This document shows, piece after piece, positions 1-8,743 of a stretch of 64,000 nucleotides of DNA (its first letter is position 1; each line of letters starts with the position of its first letter). This stretch comes from Candidatus Caenarcanales bacterium (lineage in GTDB: Bacteria > Cyanobacteriota > Vampirovibrionia > 2-02-FULL-35-15): positions 17,305-81,304 of the forward strand of contig JAGVKQ010000022.1 of assembly GCA_020050435.1 (NCBI GenBank). The letters are read 5' to 3'. The position numbers and the translations under genes are program-made. A model generated the notes under the pieces. It was not told the origin of the DNA. It did not search any database and saw only the letters and a program-made list of their open reading frames with translations.

Positions 1-2
1 CA

Positions 3-908
3 ATGACACATTTAGGAACCCACCCACTTTCATCAGCAAGTCCAATAGAAGAAGTAAAAACTGGAGGACCTAAAGGACCCACAGAACCACCTAAACCATC
101 TGGAAATCCTACCGCTACTGTTAAAGGAGCAGCGCACTTATATTCTGTTTTATTTAGAATGTTAGCTGATGCAGATGATTTTGCTAGAAGTACTGGAATA
201 AGTAGAGAAGTCACGACTACAAATAAAACCACACCAGAAGGTTTTGAATTTACAACTAGCCTTAAAGTAAGTGGAAGCAGAGAAGATAGAAATAATGCTC
301 TCAGAAAATTAGCTGATGCTTTACCAGGTTCAGTTGCTAAGATAGATGAAGGAGTTCTTCAAATAGGAAGCCAAACACTAACCTTGAGTGATGCAGCGAA
401 AATATCAGCTGTTTTTGATGAGCGTAATTTAAGTGCAGCTGCTAATGCTTTCGGTAATGCAGTTAAAAGTAGGTTGAATCCAGAAAAAACAGTAGACATG
501 CCTTCTGACTCAGCTACAGAAGTAACAGCCTGCACTCCGGTTAATTCTAATGTTGCTTCAGGTACATTTACAGACATTGCATCTGCTGGACCTGAAGTTC
601 TTTCAGCTCTTCAATTAATACCTACAGAGAGTCGTGATAAAGTTCTACCTTTAATTACTAAAATTGCTTCAGAACCAGATGATAAAATAGCTTCTAAAGT
701 AAGATCTTTAGCTGCAACTGCAGAGACTTTATCTACAGTTGATCCTGAAAATGTAGTTGTTGTATTAAAGCCAGTTCTTGATGCTTTAGTTAAGTGTGAT
801 GATGCAACTATAGTTGCTTTAGTAAAATTAAGCACACAGCTTACAACAAATACAAGTGGTCCAACTATTTACCCTGGACCTGGTAATGATCGTGATCCCG
901 CAGCTTAG
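3..908 (+). CDS. hypothetical protein, 5'-truncated by window edge (Pro/Ser/Thr-rich N-region)
   Basis: The ORF runs from the first base of the window to a stop at 908. No recognisable motifs. Confidence 0.45.
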   Translation: MTHLGTHPLSSASPIEEVKTGGPKGPTEPPKPSGNPTATVKGAAHLYSVLFRMLADADDFARSTGISREVTTTNKTTPEGFEFTTSLKVSGSREDRNNALRKLADALPGSVAKIDEGVLQIGSQTLTLSDAAKISAVFDERNLSAAANAFGNAVKSRLNPEKTVDMPSDSATEVTACTPVNSNVASGTFTDIASAGPEVLSALQLIPTESRDKVLPLITKIASEPDDKIASKVRSLAATAETLSTVDPENVVVVLKPVLDALVKCDDATIVALVKLSTQLTTNTSGPTIYPGPGNDRDPAA

Positions 909-958
909 TTAATTTTAAAATATAAGCTAGGTTCTTTTTGAGATTGCTTCACCCTTTT

Positions 959-987
959 CCGCCGAAGGCGGACCCGCCTTTGGCGGG
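959..987. terminator. twin GC-rich hairpins between convergent genes (ccgccGAAggcgg, cccgccTTTggcggg)
   Basis: Two perfect short inverted repeats sit in an AT-rich intergenic gap between the + ORF ending at 908 and the - ORF ending at 1012. Confidence 0.4.
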
Positions 988-1011
988 CAGGGTTCGCAAT
1001 GACAGTAGTAT

Positions 1012-1665
1012 CTAATGATTTATCCTATAAACAATACTTTGGCTTTTGCTTAAGGTGATTTCAGAGATAGATCCACATTCTGTTTTAATAGACCAGAGTT
1101 TTTCTATTTTTGCATCTAAAGAATGTAAGAGAAAAAGTTGTATGGGTCCAGCGTGACTAACGACTACTATGGTTTTATTCTGATGTTCTTTTAAAAACTT
1201 ATTTTTAACCTTTATTACTCTTTTATGGAGATCTAACATAGACTCTCCATTTTTAGGTCTGAAGCTACTTAGATCACTAAACCATTTTGAAAAATCAAGA
1301 GGATCACTCTTTTCTACTTCATGATAAGTTTTTCCTTCCCAAACCCCTTCTGACTTTTCAATCAAGTTTTTTTCTATAACTATATTTTTAATATTTAATT
1401 TCTTTGAAACTATTTTTGCAGTGTCTTTTGCTCTTTTTAGTGGACTTGAAAAAATGTGATCTATCTTTTCATTTTTTTTCTTTAATAGCTTTAAAAGCTT
1501 TATGGCAGCATTATTTGCCTGGATGATTCCTTTTTTTGTTAGCTCTACATCTAAGTGTCCAAAAATCAATCCACCTCTATTTGCAAGGGTTTCACCATGC
1601 CTAATAAAATAAATCTTTGTTATGGGCTCTGAGTAGTTAAGTATGCTTTCTTTAGGCTTTTTCAT
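1012..1665 (-). CDS. histidine phosphatase family protein (phosphoglycerate-mutase-like)
   Basis: An N-terminal 'IRHGET' (RHG) catalytic motif and a later 'SH' motif (VVSHAGPI), with a size typical of the family. Confidence 0.75.
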   Translation of the reverse strand: MKKPKESILNYSEPITKIYFIRHGETLANRGGLIFGHLDVELTKKGIIQANNAAIKLLKLLKKKNEKIDHIFSSPLKRAKDTAKIVSKKLNIKNIVIEKNLIEKSEGVWEGKTYHEVEKSDPLDFSKWFSDLSSFRPKNGESMLDLHKRVIKVKNKFLKEHQNKTIVVVSHAGPIQLFLLHSLDAKIEKLWSIKTECGSISEITLSKSQSIVYRINH

Positions 1666-1813
1666 ATTTTTTATACTAATAAGATACCAGCTCTGCTAAT
1701 CTTAAATAAAATTAATTAAGTATTACCCAAGCAATACAGATTGATTTACAGAATATTTCATTGATTAAAGAAATCTCATTTGTTATAAATAAAAGATAAT
1801 TTTAAGAACTTGA

Positions 1814-3886
1814 TTGGAGAAAAATAAAATGACTTCAGCCCCTATAGCAGCAATAGCACTATCAGCTACAACCTTACCATCATCTGCACCTTCACCCAAT
1901 AATCTACCATCTGGAAGTGGAATGTCTGTAGGAAATGCCATATTTGCAGCAGCACTAAAACCATTTGATGTAGATGCTGCATTTGCTGAATTAGATAATT
2001 CTGCTGCTGTAGCTGGAGCAAAGACATCTATTTATAAGGATGAATTATTAGCTCAAATTATCAAAACCTCTTTAGCTATAGCAAAAGATGAAAACGGTGG
2101 CAAAGTTACATTTCCCGTTGTATTCATGGCTTTAGAAGTTGTTGGAAAGATAGATTTTGGTTATGAAACTGAAAGTCCAGGGCAAAAAGTTGCAAAAGCA
2201 TTAAATCTTCCGAAAGCAGATACCCATGGTGAACTTGCATCCTTTGTACTGAAAGAAATAAAGGGAAATCCAGAGAAATATGATTTGATTTCCATAGATC
2301 CTGATTTGCAGGCAGCAAAAGCTGAACAAGAAAAAACTAGAGATAGCTGGGTTAAAGCTATTGCGAATAGATTTGATGATGGAACAGAAGTAATAGTTAC
2401 TGTCCTTCCTAGTGACTTGAAAAGAAATGCAGAAGTTTTAGATGCTGGTCAATTAGATGCCTTTGCAAAAGAATTAGGATTTGCCGATAGGTTTAAATTT
2501 GCAACAGCTGTTCGGGCAGAACTTTCAGGAAGAAAATTAGAAAGAAAGAGAAATAGAGAAGCTCAGGAAGCTGCATCAGCAGAAACAGTTAAACAAGAAG
2601 CCATTACTGAATATGGAAAAACTGAATTTCCTAAGCTTGTTGCTGGGTTTGTAGAAGCACATAATGGAACACCTTATAATCTGTCAGAAGATAAAATAGA
2701 AGTAGCTATTAAAACTCTTGGTTATGGATCCAAAGCCCAGTTCTTGGAAAGATCAGGATATAAAGATTTAAAAGAAGTAGGAAAAATCTTAGAAGAAGCA
2801 ATTTTAAAAAATCGTGTTAAAGATGACTTTGAAAAATTAGCAGAACAGTTTAAGGATAAATATAAAGGAAGTCTGTTTACGATACCTGATGATGTTGTTT
2901 CAGAAACAATTAGAGAAAATCATTATTTTGGAATGATGAATGAAAAAGCTTTTGTAAGTTATCTTGGATTTGAATCCTTGGGTAAATTAAAAACAGCATT
3001 GATCGACAAAGTTGTTTCCAGTATGGAGGCTGGTAGTGCTGAAGAAGCCACAAATAACAAAACAATGAAAATTGATGGAGAGCTTTTTGATTTAGTGTTT
3101 TATACAGATATTGCTTGTAGAAGAGAAGGGCATGGATTAGCAACCATTGTAGATTTCTATGAGGCACTAGAAAATCACAAAGCAGAAAATCCTTCAGGGA
3201 AGTTATTAGCACAAAAAAATTCTAATACAAGAGCTCTAGCTGCAAGAGTTTTACAAATAGTTAATCACCAATACATTTATTTTGGTTCTGGTGGTGTAGC
3301 TGGTGAAAGCTACTTTAGATCACAAGGTGTTTCTGATGATTTATTTGATGTGGTTTATAGAGCTCATGAAGTTGCTTCTAAAAGACCAAGAAATAAAAAA
3401 GTAAATCGTGATGATTTACATTCTGCTCACTCTTTTCATACTGCTGTAGAACCTAACTCTTCAGTAAGGGTTAAAGGTACTGAATTTGATGAACTTTTAG
3501 ATAGAGCATTAGTGATAGCAAAGAACCCAGATGTTTATTTATATACAGGAGATATTAAAGAAGAGCAGAAGTTAAGATTAGAAATAAAGAAAATGGAAAC
3601 AGGTAATGAAGCTCTAATTAAAGCTGAATGTAGACAAATGATTGATAACAATCTCTATGACATTGTTTTAAGAGTAAATTCAGTGATGAGAAGAGAAAGA
3701 AGAGAATCAGCTACTTTTAATGATGCGATAGAAGGGTTAGAAAACTTTAGAGCAGAAAAAACTACTGTTAGTATAGAAGAGTTAGGCTTTAAAGATGAAA
3801 AAGCTTTATTAGCAAAAATCTTAAGAATAGCTAATCATCAAGATAGATACACTTACATGAAAAAGAGACCAGCAGCAAAACCTTAA
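1814..3886 (+). CDS. hypothetical protein (690 aa)
   Basis: A long uninterrupted ORF with no recognisable catalytic motifs. Confidence 0.5.
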   Translation: MEKNKMTSAPIAAIALSATTLPSSAPSPNNLPSGSGMSVGNAIFAAALKPFDVDAAFAELDNSAAVAGAKTSIYKDELLAQIIKTSLAIAKDENGGKVTFPVVFMALEVVGKIDFGYETESPGQKVAKALNLPKADTHGELASFVLKEIKGNPEKYDLISIDPDLQAAKAEQEKTRDSWVKAIANRFDDGTEVIVTVLPSDLKRNAEVLDAGQLDAFAKELGFADRFKFATAVRAELSGRKLERKRNREAQEAASAETVKQEAITEYGKTEFPKLVAGFVEAHNGTPYNLSEDKIEVAIKTLGYGSKAQFLERSGYKDLKEVGKILEEAILKNRVKDDFEKLAEQFKDKYKGSLFTIPDDVVSETIRENHYFGMMNEKAFVSYLGFESLGKLKTALIDKVVSSMEAGSAEEATNNKTMKIDGELFDLVFYTDIACRREGHGLATIVDFYEALENHKAENPSGKLLAQKNSNTRALAARVLQIVNHQYIYFGSGGVAGESYFRSQGVSDDLFDVVYRAHEVASKRPRNKKVNRDDLHSAHSFHTAVEPNSSVRVKGTEFDELLDRALVIAKNPDVYLYTGDIKEEQKLRLEIKKMETGNEALIKAECRQMIDNNLYDIVLRVNSVMRRERRESATFNDAIEGLENFRAEKTTVSIEELGFKDEKALLAKILRIANHQDRYTYMKKRPAAKP

Positions 3887-3887
3887 A

Positions 3888-5084
3888 CTATAAGGGTTTT
3901 AATTTTTTCTTCGATATTAAGAGACTCATAATCAGTGCAGTAGCCGGTACTGAAATTATAAGTCCTATTGTTCCAGCCATTGTAGCTGTTATTTCTGACA
4001 CTACCAACTCAAGATTTAAGTACTTTACTGGATTTCTATCGTGACTAATAAGAAGTAAAAGAGGAAGTGCCATTCCCGTATAAGCTAAAACAAGAGTGCT
4101 AGTCATCGTACCCATAATATCTTTTCCAACATTCATTCCAGAGTGGTAAAGCTCTTTTAATGAATAGTTTGGATTTGCTACTTTAATTTCATATATAGAA
4201 CTAGATATAGATATGGCTACATCCATAACTGCACCAAGACATGAAACGATCATCCCTGCTGCAAGTAAGCCTTTAAAATTAATTTCATAAAATTGATTTC
4301 CCCAAAGTATCATGGCTTCTGTGCTGGATAATCCTGACAGTGGAGCTTTGTCGATTACGATAGTAGCTATGAGTCCACTGACAGTAACTCCAATTACTGT
4401 ACCTAATGTGCTAGCTAGAGATTTTATATTTATTCCAGCTACAAGAAGCATAGTCAAAACTGTAGCTAAACAAGAAGCTACTACGGCTCCTAAAAGAGGA
4501 TTCACTCCTTTTTCAATGGATGGAATTAAAATAAAAGCTATGATGGATATAGTACAGGCAAGAGAAATTATTGTTCTAAAGCCTTCCCACCCGCCGATAA
4601 TAATCAGAAGAAGGAAAAAAGCTATACCTAGAACCCAGATAACATTTTCTCTATGGTAATCAATTAAAAAATAATCTTCATTTCCTGTTTCTAGATTTTC
4701 TGTTTTATTGACTAAATATACTTCTCCAACTTTACCAATAATAGAAAAAGCTGGATTATCAGGAATCTCATTAGTAGCTGCTCTTTCTTTTCCTTTGTCT
4801 TTTCCTGTTAATATTTTTAAAACTACATCCTGGGTTCTTTGCTTGTTTCCGCCTGGCAAATCTTCTTTCCTGTCTCCAATTATTTTTATAACTTCAGCAA
4901 GACAATAACTGTCTTCAGTGTTTAATTCACTCTCTCTAGAGGTTTGTGTTAGGGCAGACTTCAAACCTGCTCTTTCTTCGGATTCTTTAGATGAAGATTT
5001 ATCTAAGGCTCTGTGTGTGACTGTTAAGCCTAGACTTTGGAAACTGAGGAAGATTATAAATATTGAGTATAGGACTTTTTTCAT
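3888..5084 (-). CDS. YibE/F-like integral membrane protein
   Basis: An N-terminal signal/TM segment, a soluble segment, then multiple hydrophobic helices, an architecture typical of the YibE/F family. Confidence 0.5.
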   Translation of the reverse strand: MKKVLYSIFIIFLSFQSLGLTVTHRALDKSSSKESEERAGLKSALTQTSRESELNTEDSYCLAEVIKIIGDRKEDLPGGNKQRTQDVVLKILTGKDKGKERAATNEIPDNPAFSIIGKVGEVYLVNKTENLETGNEDYFLIDYHRENVIWVLGIAFFLLLIIIGGWEGFRTIISLACTISIIAFILIPSIEKGVNPLLGAVVASCLATVLTMLLVAGINIKSLASTLGTVIGVTVSGLIATIVIDKAPLSGLSSTEAMILWGNQFYEINFKGLLAAGMIVSCLGAVMDVAISISSSIYEIKVANPNYSLKELYHSGMNVGKDIMGTMTSTLVLAYTGMALPLLLLISHDRNPVKYLNLELVVSEITATMAGTIGLIISVPATALIMSLLISKKKLKPL

Positions 5085-5093
5085 GGTTTTGTT

Positions 5094-5984
5094 TTACCCT
5101 TTGTGAAACTCTTCTGCATGGTATGAGCTTCTTACAAGAGGTCCGCTGAAAACTTTTTTAAATCCAATGTTTTCTGCAATTGCTTTAAGTTCTTGAAATT
5201 CATCAGGGGGTAAATATCTTTTAACGGAAAGACTGTCTCTGTTAGGTTGCATATACTGACCTAGGGTTAGATAGTCACATTTATAATTAACTAAATCTTT
5301 CATGACTTCTATAATCTCTTCTTTTTCTTCTCCTAGACCTAGCATGATACCTGACTTGGTAATAATTTTAGAATTTGTTTCTTTTACAAACTTAATTAAT
5401 TCAAGAGATCGTACATATATGGCTCCTGGTCTAACTTCTTTATAAAGCCTAGGAACTGTTTCTAAATTATGGTTATAAACATCTGGAGTTGCATCTACTA
5501 CATTTTTAATACAATCTTTATCCCCTCTAAAGTCAGGTGTTAGGACTTCTATTGTGATTCCAGGAATTTCTTTTCTTAATTGCTCTATAGTTCTAACAAA
5601 ATGCATAGAACCTTGATCTGGTAAATCATCTCTATTTACTGAAGTCACTACTACGTGTTTAAGATTTAATACTTTTGCAGCTTGAGCAACATTTTCTGGT
5701 TCATCTTTTAATTAATTGCTATCAAGCGGAAGTTCTGGTTTCCCTTTAGGTACACTACAAAAAGTACAACCTCTGGTACAAGTATTTCCAAGAATCATAA
5801 AAGTTGCTGTGCCAGAAGAAAAACATTCATTTCTGTTAGGACAACGAGCACTTTGGCAGACAGTATTTAAATCATATTCTTGTATTAATGAATGAACTTT
5901 TCTAGATTTGTTATTTAATAGAACATCTCTTTGAAGCCACTCTGGCAATCTTAATGGTTTATTTTCTATGGTTTGGTTAGACAT
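5094..5984 (-). pseudogene. lipA: lipoyl synthase LipA interrupted by an in-frame TAA (the two ORFs 5712..5984 and 5094..5648 share one frame)
   Basis: The N-terminal ORF has C-x4-C-x5-C (CQSARCPNRNEC) and a radical-SAM CxxxCxxC (CTRGCTFC). The C-terminal ORF has VVTSVNRDDLPDQG... Both are in the same frame, separated by a single TAA (+ strand 5712-5714). Translating through gives ...PLDSN*LKDEPENVAQAAKVLNLKHVVVTSV..., which is collinear with LipA. Confidence 0.8.
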
Positions 5985-6004
5985 TTATAGGTTAATAATA
6001 GCAT

Positions 6005-7468
6005 TTATGTATCTGCAAGAACCTTCTTATTCTTTGTAAAAATCTTCTTAAGTAGATCCTTGTCACTAGAATTAAATGTTTTTAAAAGAACAAGACATAA
6101 AAAGTAAACAAAGATTAAGAAAATCATTCTTATAAATATATTTATATGATCTAAGCAATAAGCAGTAATAAGTAAGCTTATTGCACCTGACAAAGTTGGT
6201 TTTAAAAATGCTTTTACAGTATCAGAGACCTTCCAGATTAAATATTTTCTTCCTATGCTAATAAGTATAATTACAAAAAATGCTTCACTAACTATCGTGG
6301 CATAGCATGCTCCAAATGATGCAAATCTAGGGATAAGAAGAACATTTAACAATATGTTTAATAAAGTAGTTGAAGCTTGGCAGTAGAGCATGTTTTTATG
6401 TTTATGTAAGCCAATAAAAAACAAACTAAATGGTGTTGCTATGAATCTAAGATAAATAAATAAGCTAAAAATCTGAACTAGAGGAATAGATAGATCATAT
6501 TTCCTTCCGAACAACAAATGAATAATTTGACCTGAAAAGAAGTAGATTAAAATTGCAGAAGGAGTTGCAATGATAATCATATATTTTAGTATGATATCGA
6601 AAACTCTTTTTCTAGAGTCCTTTGAATTCTTGTCATCTAAAATTCTATACACTGTTGGTAGCATTGCAAACTTAACTTGACCAGGAATAATATTGGCTAT
6701 TCTTGTGAATTTAATAGCTGCACTGAAAATCCCTACAACATGTAAGTTTGCAAAGAATGAAAGTAAAACAGTGCTAATTTTTGCATAAATACTTAAGAAG
6801 AAATCGCTAAAACTAAATATTAATGAGTCTTTAAAGAAATCCTTTATTAGAGAAAGTTTTAATTTAGGTCTTAGTAGTAAAACAGAATTAATTAATGAGA
6901 TTATAAATGAAATAAAACTAAGTGTTAAAGTGGCAATAACTAGAGATAAAACAGAATTGTTATAGGAAAGTGCAATGTAAACTATAGTCAGGTATAAAAC
7001 AGTTTTTACTATTCTGAAAAAAGATATAAGTTTAAAATCCCCTAGTATTCTTCTTATGCTACTAAATACAGTGCCGAAGCTATCAAATATAATACTAAGA
7101 GTAAAAATTAAAATTATATTTAATGTTTGTCCTCTATAACCAAAAACATAGCCCAATATCCAAACTAAAAGAAGAGTTGGAATAATTAAAATAGTTTTTA
7201 CAAATAATGCATTTCCAAAGCTGACTTTGGTTTTTTCAATATCCGTGGATCCAAATTTTAAAAGAGTTTTATTTAATCCAAAATCACATAAAAATTCAAA
7301 TAAACCAACAAAAGAAGCTACTGTAGAAAAAAGTCCAAAATCTTCTACTGTAAGTTTTCTTGCAATAAAACCAATTGCAATGGCGCTTAAGCCTATAGAA
7401 ATCATAGAACTACTAAGCAACAAGAAAATGCCATGAGAAAGTTTTCTAGATAAAGATTCTTTTGTCAT
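6005..7468 (-). CDS. polysaccharide biosynthesis protein / MOP-family (Wzx-like) flippase
   Basis: A hydrophobic protein with about 12-14 TM helices. The N-terminal region resembles the polysaccharide-biosynthesis/flippase family. Confidence 0.7.
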   Translation of the reverse strand: MTKESLSRKLSHGIFLLLSSSMISIGLSAIAIGFIARKLTVEDFGLFSTVASFVGLFEFLCDFGLNKTLLKFGSTDIEKTKVSFGNALFVKTILIIPTLLLVWILGYVFGYRGQTLNIILIFTLSIIFDSFGTVFSSIRRILGDFKLISFFRIVKTVLYLTIVYIALSYNNSVLSLVIATLTLSFISFIISLINSVLLLRPKLKLSLIKDFFKDSLIFSFSDFFLSIYAKISTVLLSFFANLHVVGIFSAAIKFTRIANIIPGQVKFAMLPTVYRILDDKNSKDSRKRVFDIILKYMIIIATPSAILIYFFSGQIIHLLFGRKYDLSIPLVQIFSLFIYLRFIATPFSLFFIGLHKHKNMLYCQASTTLLNILLNVLLIPRFASFGACYATIVSEAFFVIILISIGRKYLIWKVSDTVKAFLKPTLSGAISLLITAYCLDHINIFIRMIFLIFVYFLCLVLLKTFNSSDKDLLKKIFTKNKKVLADT

Positions 7469-7498
7469 GAAGAAGGTAGAGTGGCAAACTCTATCTTA

Positions 7499-7837
7499 TT
7501 ACCCTTCTTCTGAATTATCAACTAAAGTCAATTGATTTATTACAAGATCACTAAGTTCACTGCTGGTCATAGCAGCATATTTTGCCCAAGTTGATCTAAT
7601 CCATTGAATCATAAAGTAATCTTTGTTTGTTTTTAAATGGTTGGTTATAAAATCTTCTACATTGGGGAATTTTCTGAAGTAATAAATAGCAGAGACAGTA
7701 TTAGCACATGTAATAGTTTCTTTACTTAAACCATCATTATTTTTTCCTTCATTAGTGTAGGCTAAAACAAATTTAACGAGTAATTCATGTGAGTTAATTA
7801 ATAAACTTTCTTCTTGAATTGGTAAATTGTTATCCAT
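7499..7837 (-). CDS. hypothetical protein
   Basis: An ORF with no overlaps and no recognisable motifs. Confidence 0.4.
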   Translation of the reverse strand: MDNNLPIQEESLLINSHELLVKFVLAYTNEGKNNDGLSKETITCANTVSAIYYFRKFPNVEDFITNHLKTNKDYFMIQWIRSTWAKYAAMTSSELSDLVINQLTLVDNSEEG

Positions 7838-7945
7838 GTCTATCTCCTTGATACTTGTAAATGAAAACCTTGTAATAATAAAAAGAACAACCCGTAGGAA
7901 TCTTGACAGGATATTTCTACTATCTGATTAACAAATGGTTAAGTG

Positions 7946-8716
7946 TTACTTGATTTTAGATAATTTTCTAAGTATTTCAAACATTACTATTCCAAAGGCT
8001 ACTGAAACATTTAAAGACTCTAGTTTTGCACTTATGGGAATCTTTACCAGGAAATCACAATTTTTTTTAATTAAGGGACCAAAACCTTCATGTTCATTAC
8101 CCATTAAAACTGCTACTTGTTCTGGATAAGAAACCTGGTATATAGATTGTGAATCATCTGAACCTTCTGTACCTACTACCCAAAAACCATTTTCTTTTAA
8201 TTCATTTATTGCATTTATGCAATTAACTACTCTGGCAAACTTAACCTGAAAGAGTGTCCCAGCACTTGTTTTAATGGTAGTCCCATTTATTCCTACGTGT
8301 TTTTTTCCTGTTAAAATTATGCCTTCACCACCAGCACCGACAAAAGTTCTAATCATTGCTCCGAGATTATGATTGTCTTCTGTTTCATGTGCTATTAGAA
8401 TAATTTTCTCTTTACTGTTTTTCAAGACATGTTGAATTAAATCGCTAACATGCATATATTCTGTAGGAGAGATGCTTAAAACCACACCTTGATGAATTTT
8501 ATTATTTGTTAATTTGTTTAATTTTTGATCAGGGACAAAATTATATGGAACCTTATTATTCTTAGAGTAGGAAATGACACTGTTTTTAAAGTCACTATCT
8601 TTAATTGACTCACTAATCCAGATTTTATTCACCTGAACATCACTGTTTTCAATTAATTCAAGTACTGGATTTTTTCCAAATACTAAGTCAAATTCTTTTT
8701 TCTCTTCGTCGCCCAT
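7946..8716 (-). CDS. TrmH/SpoU-family RNA 2'-O-methyltransferase (RlmB-like)
   Basis: An N-terminal substrate-binding-like segment and C-terminal SPOUT motifs (…GNEHEGF…, …KIPISAKLESLNVSVAFGIV…). Confidence 0.75.
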   Translation of the reverse strand: MGDEEKKEFDLVFGKNPVLELIENSDVQVNKIWISESIKDSDFKNSVISYSKNNKVPYNFVPDQKLNKLTNNKIHQGVVLSISPTEYMHVSDLIQHVLKNSKEKIILIAHETEDNHNLGAMIRTFVGAGGEGIILTGKKHVGINGTTIKTSAGTLFQVKFARVVNCINAINELKENGFWVVGTEGSDDSQSIYQVSYPEQVAVLMGNEHEGFGPLIKKNCDFLVKIPISAKLESLNVSVAFGIVMFEILRKLSKIK

Positions 8717-8743
8717 TTTCCCTTTCGCCTCACCATTGTTCTA

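Noticed and set aside
359-835. Antisense ORFs 359..577 and 611..835 inside the first + strand ORF
   Set aside because: They are fully nested in a longer ORF on the opposite strand and carry no motifs. This is typical of spurious ORFs in AT-rich DNA. The same reasoning covers 2124..2318, 2910..3212, 4312..4659, 4708..5106, 7227..7436, 7935..8129, 8910..9167, 11200..11625, 16394..16716, 18689..19320, 21230..21493, 23110..23547, 25793..26011, 28709..28972, 31788..32114, 34719..35024, 38258..38563, 40529..40735, 41940..42140, 43827..44042, 46983..47231, 49324..49815, 52678..52905, 53131..53316, 59095..59452, 60593..60820 and 62964..63185.
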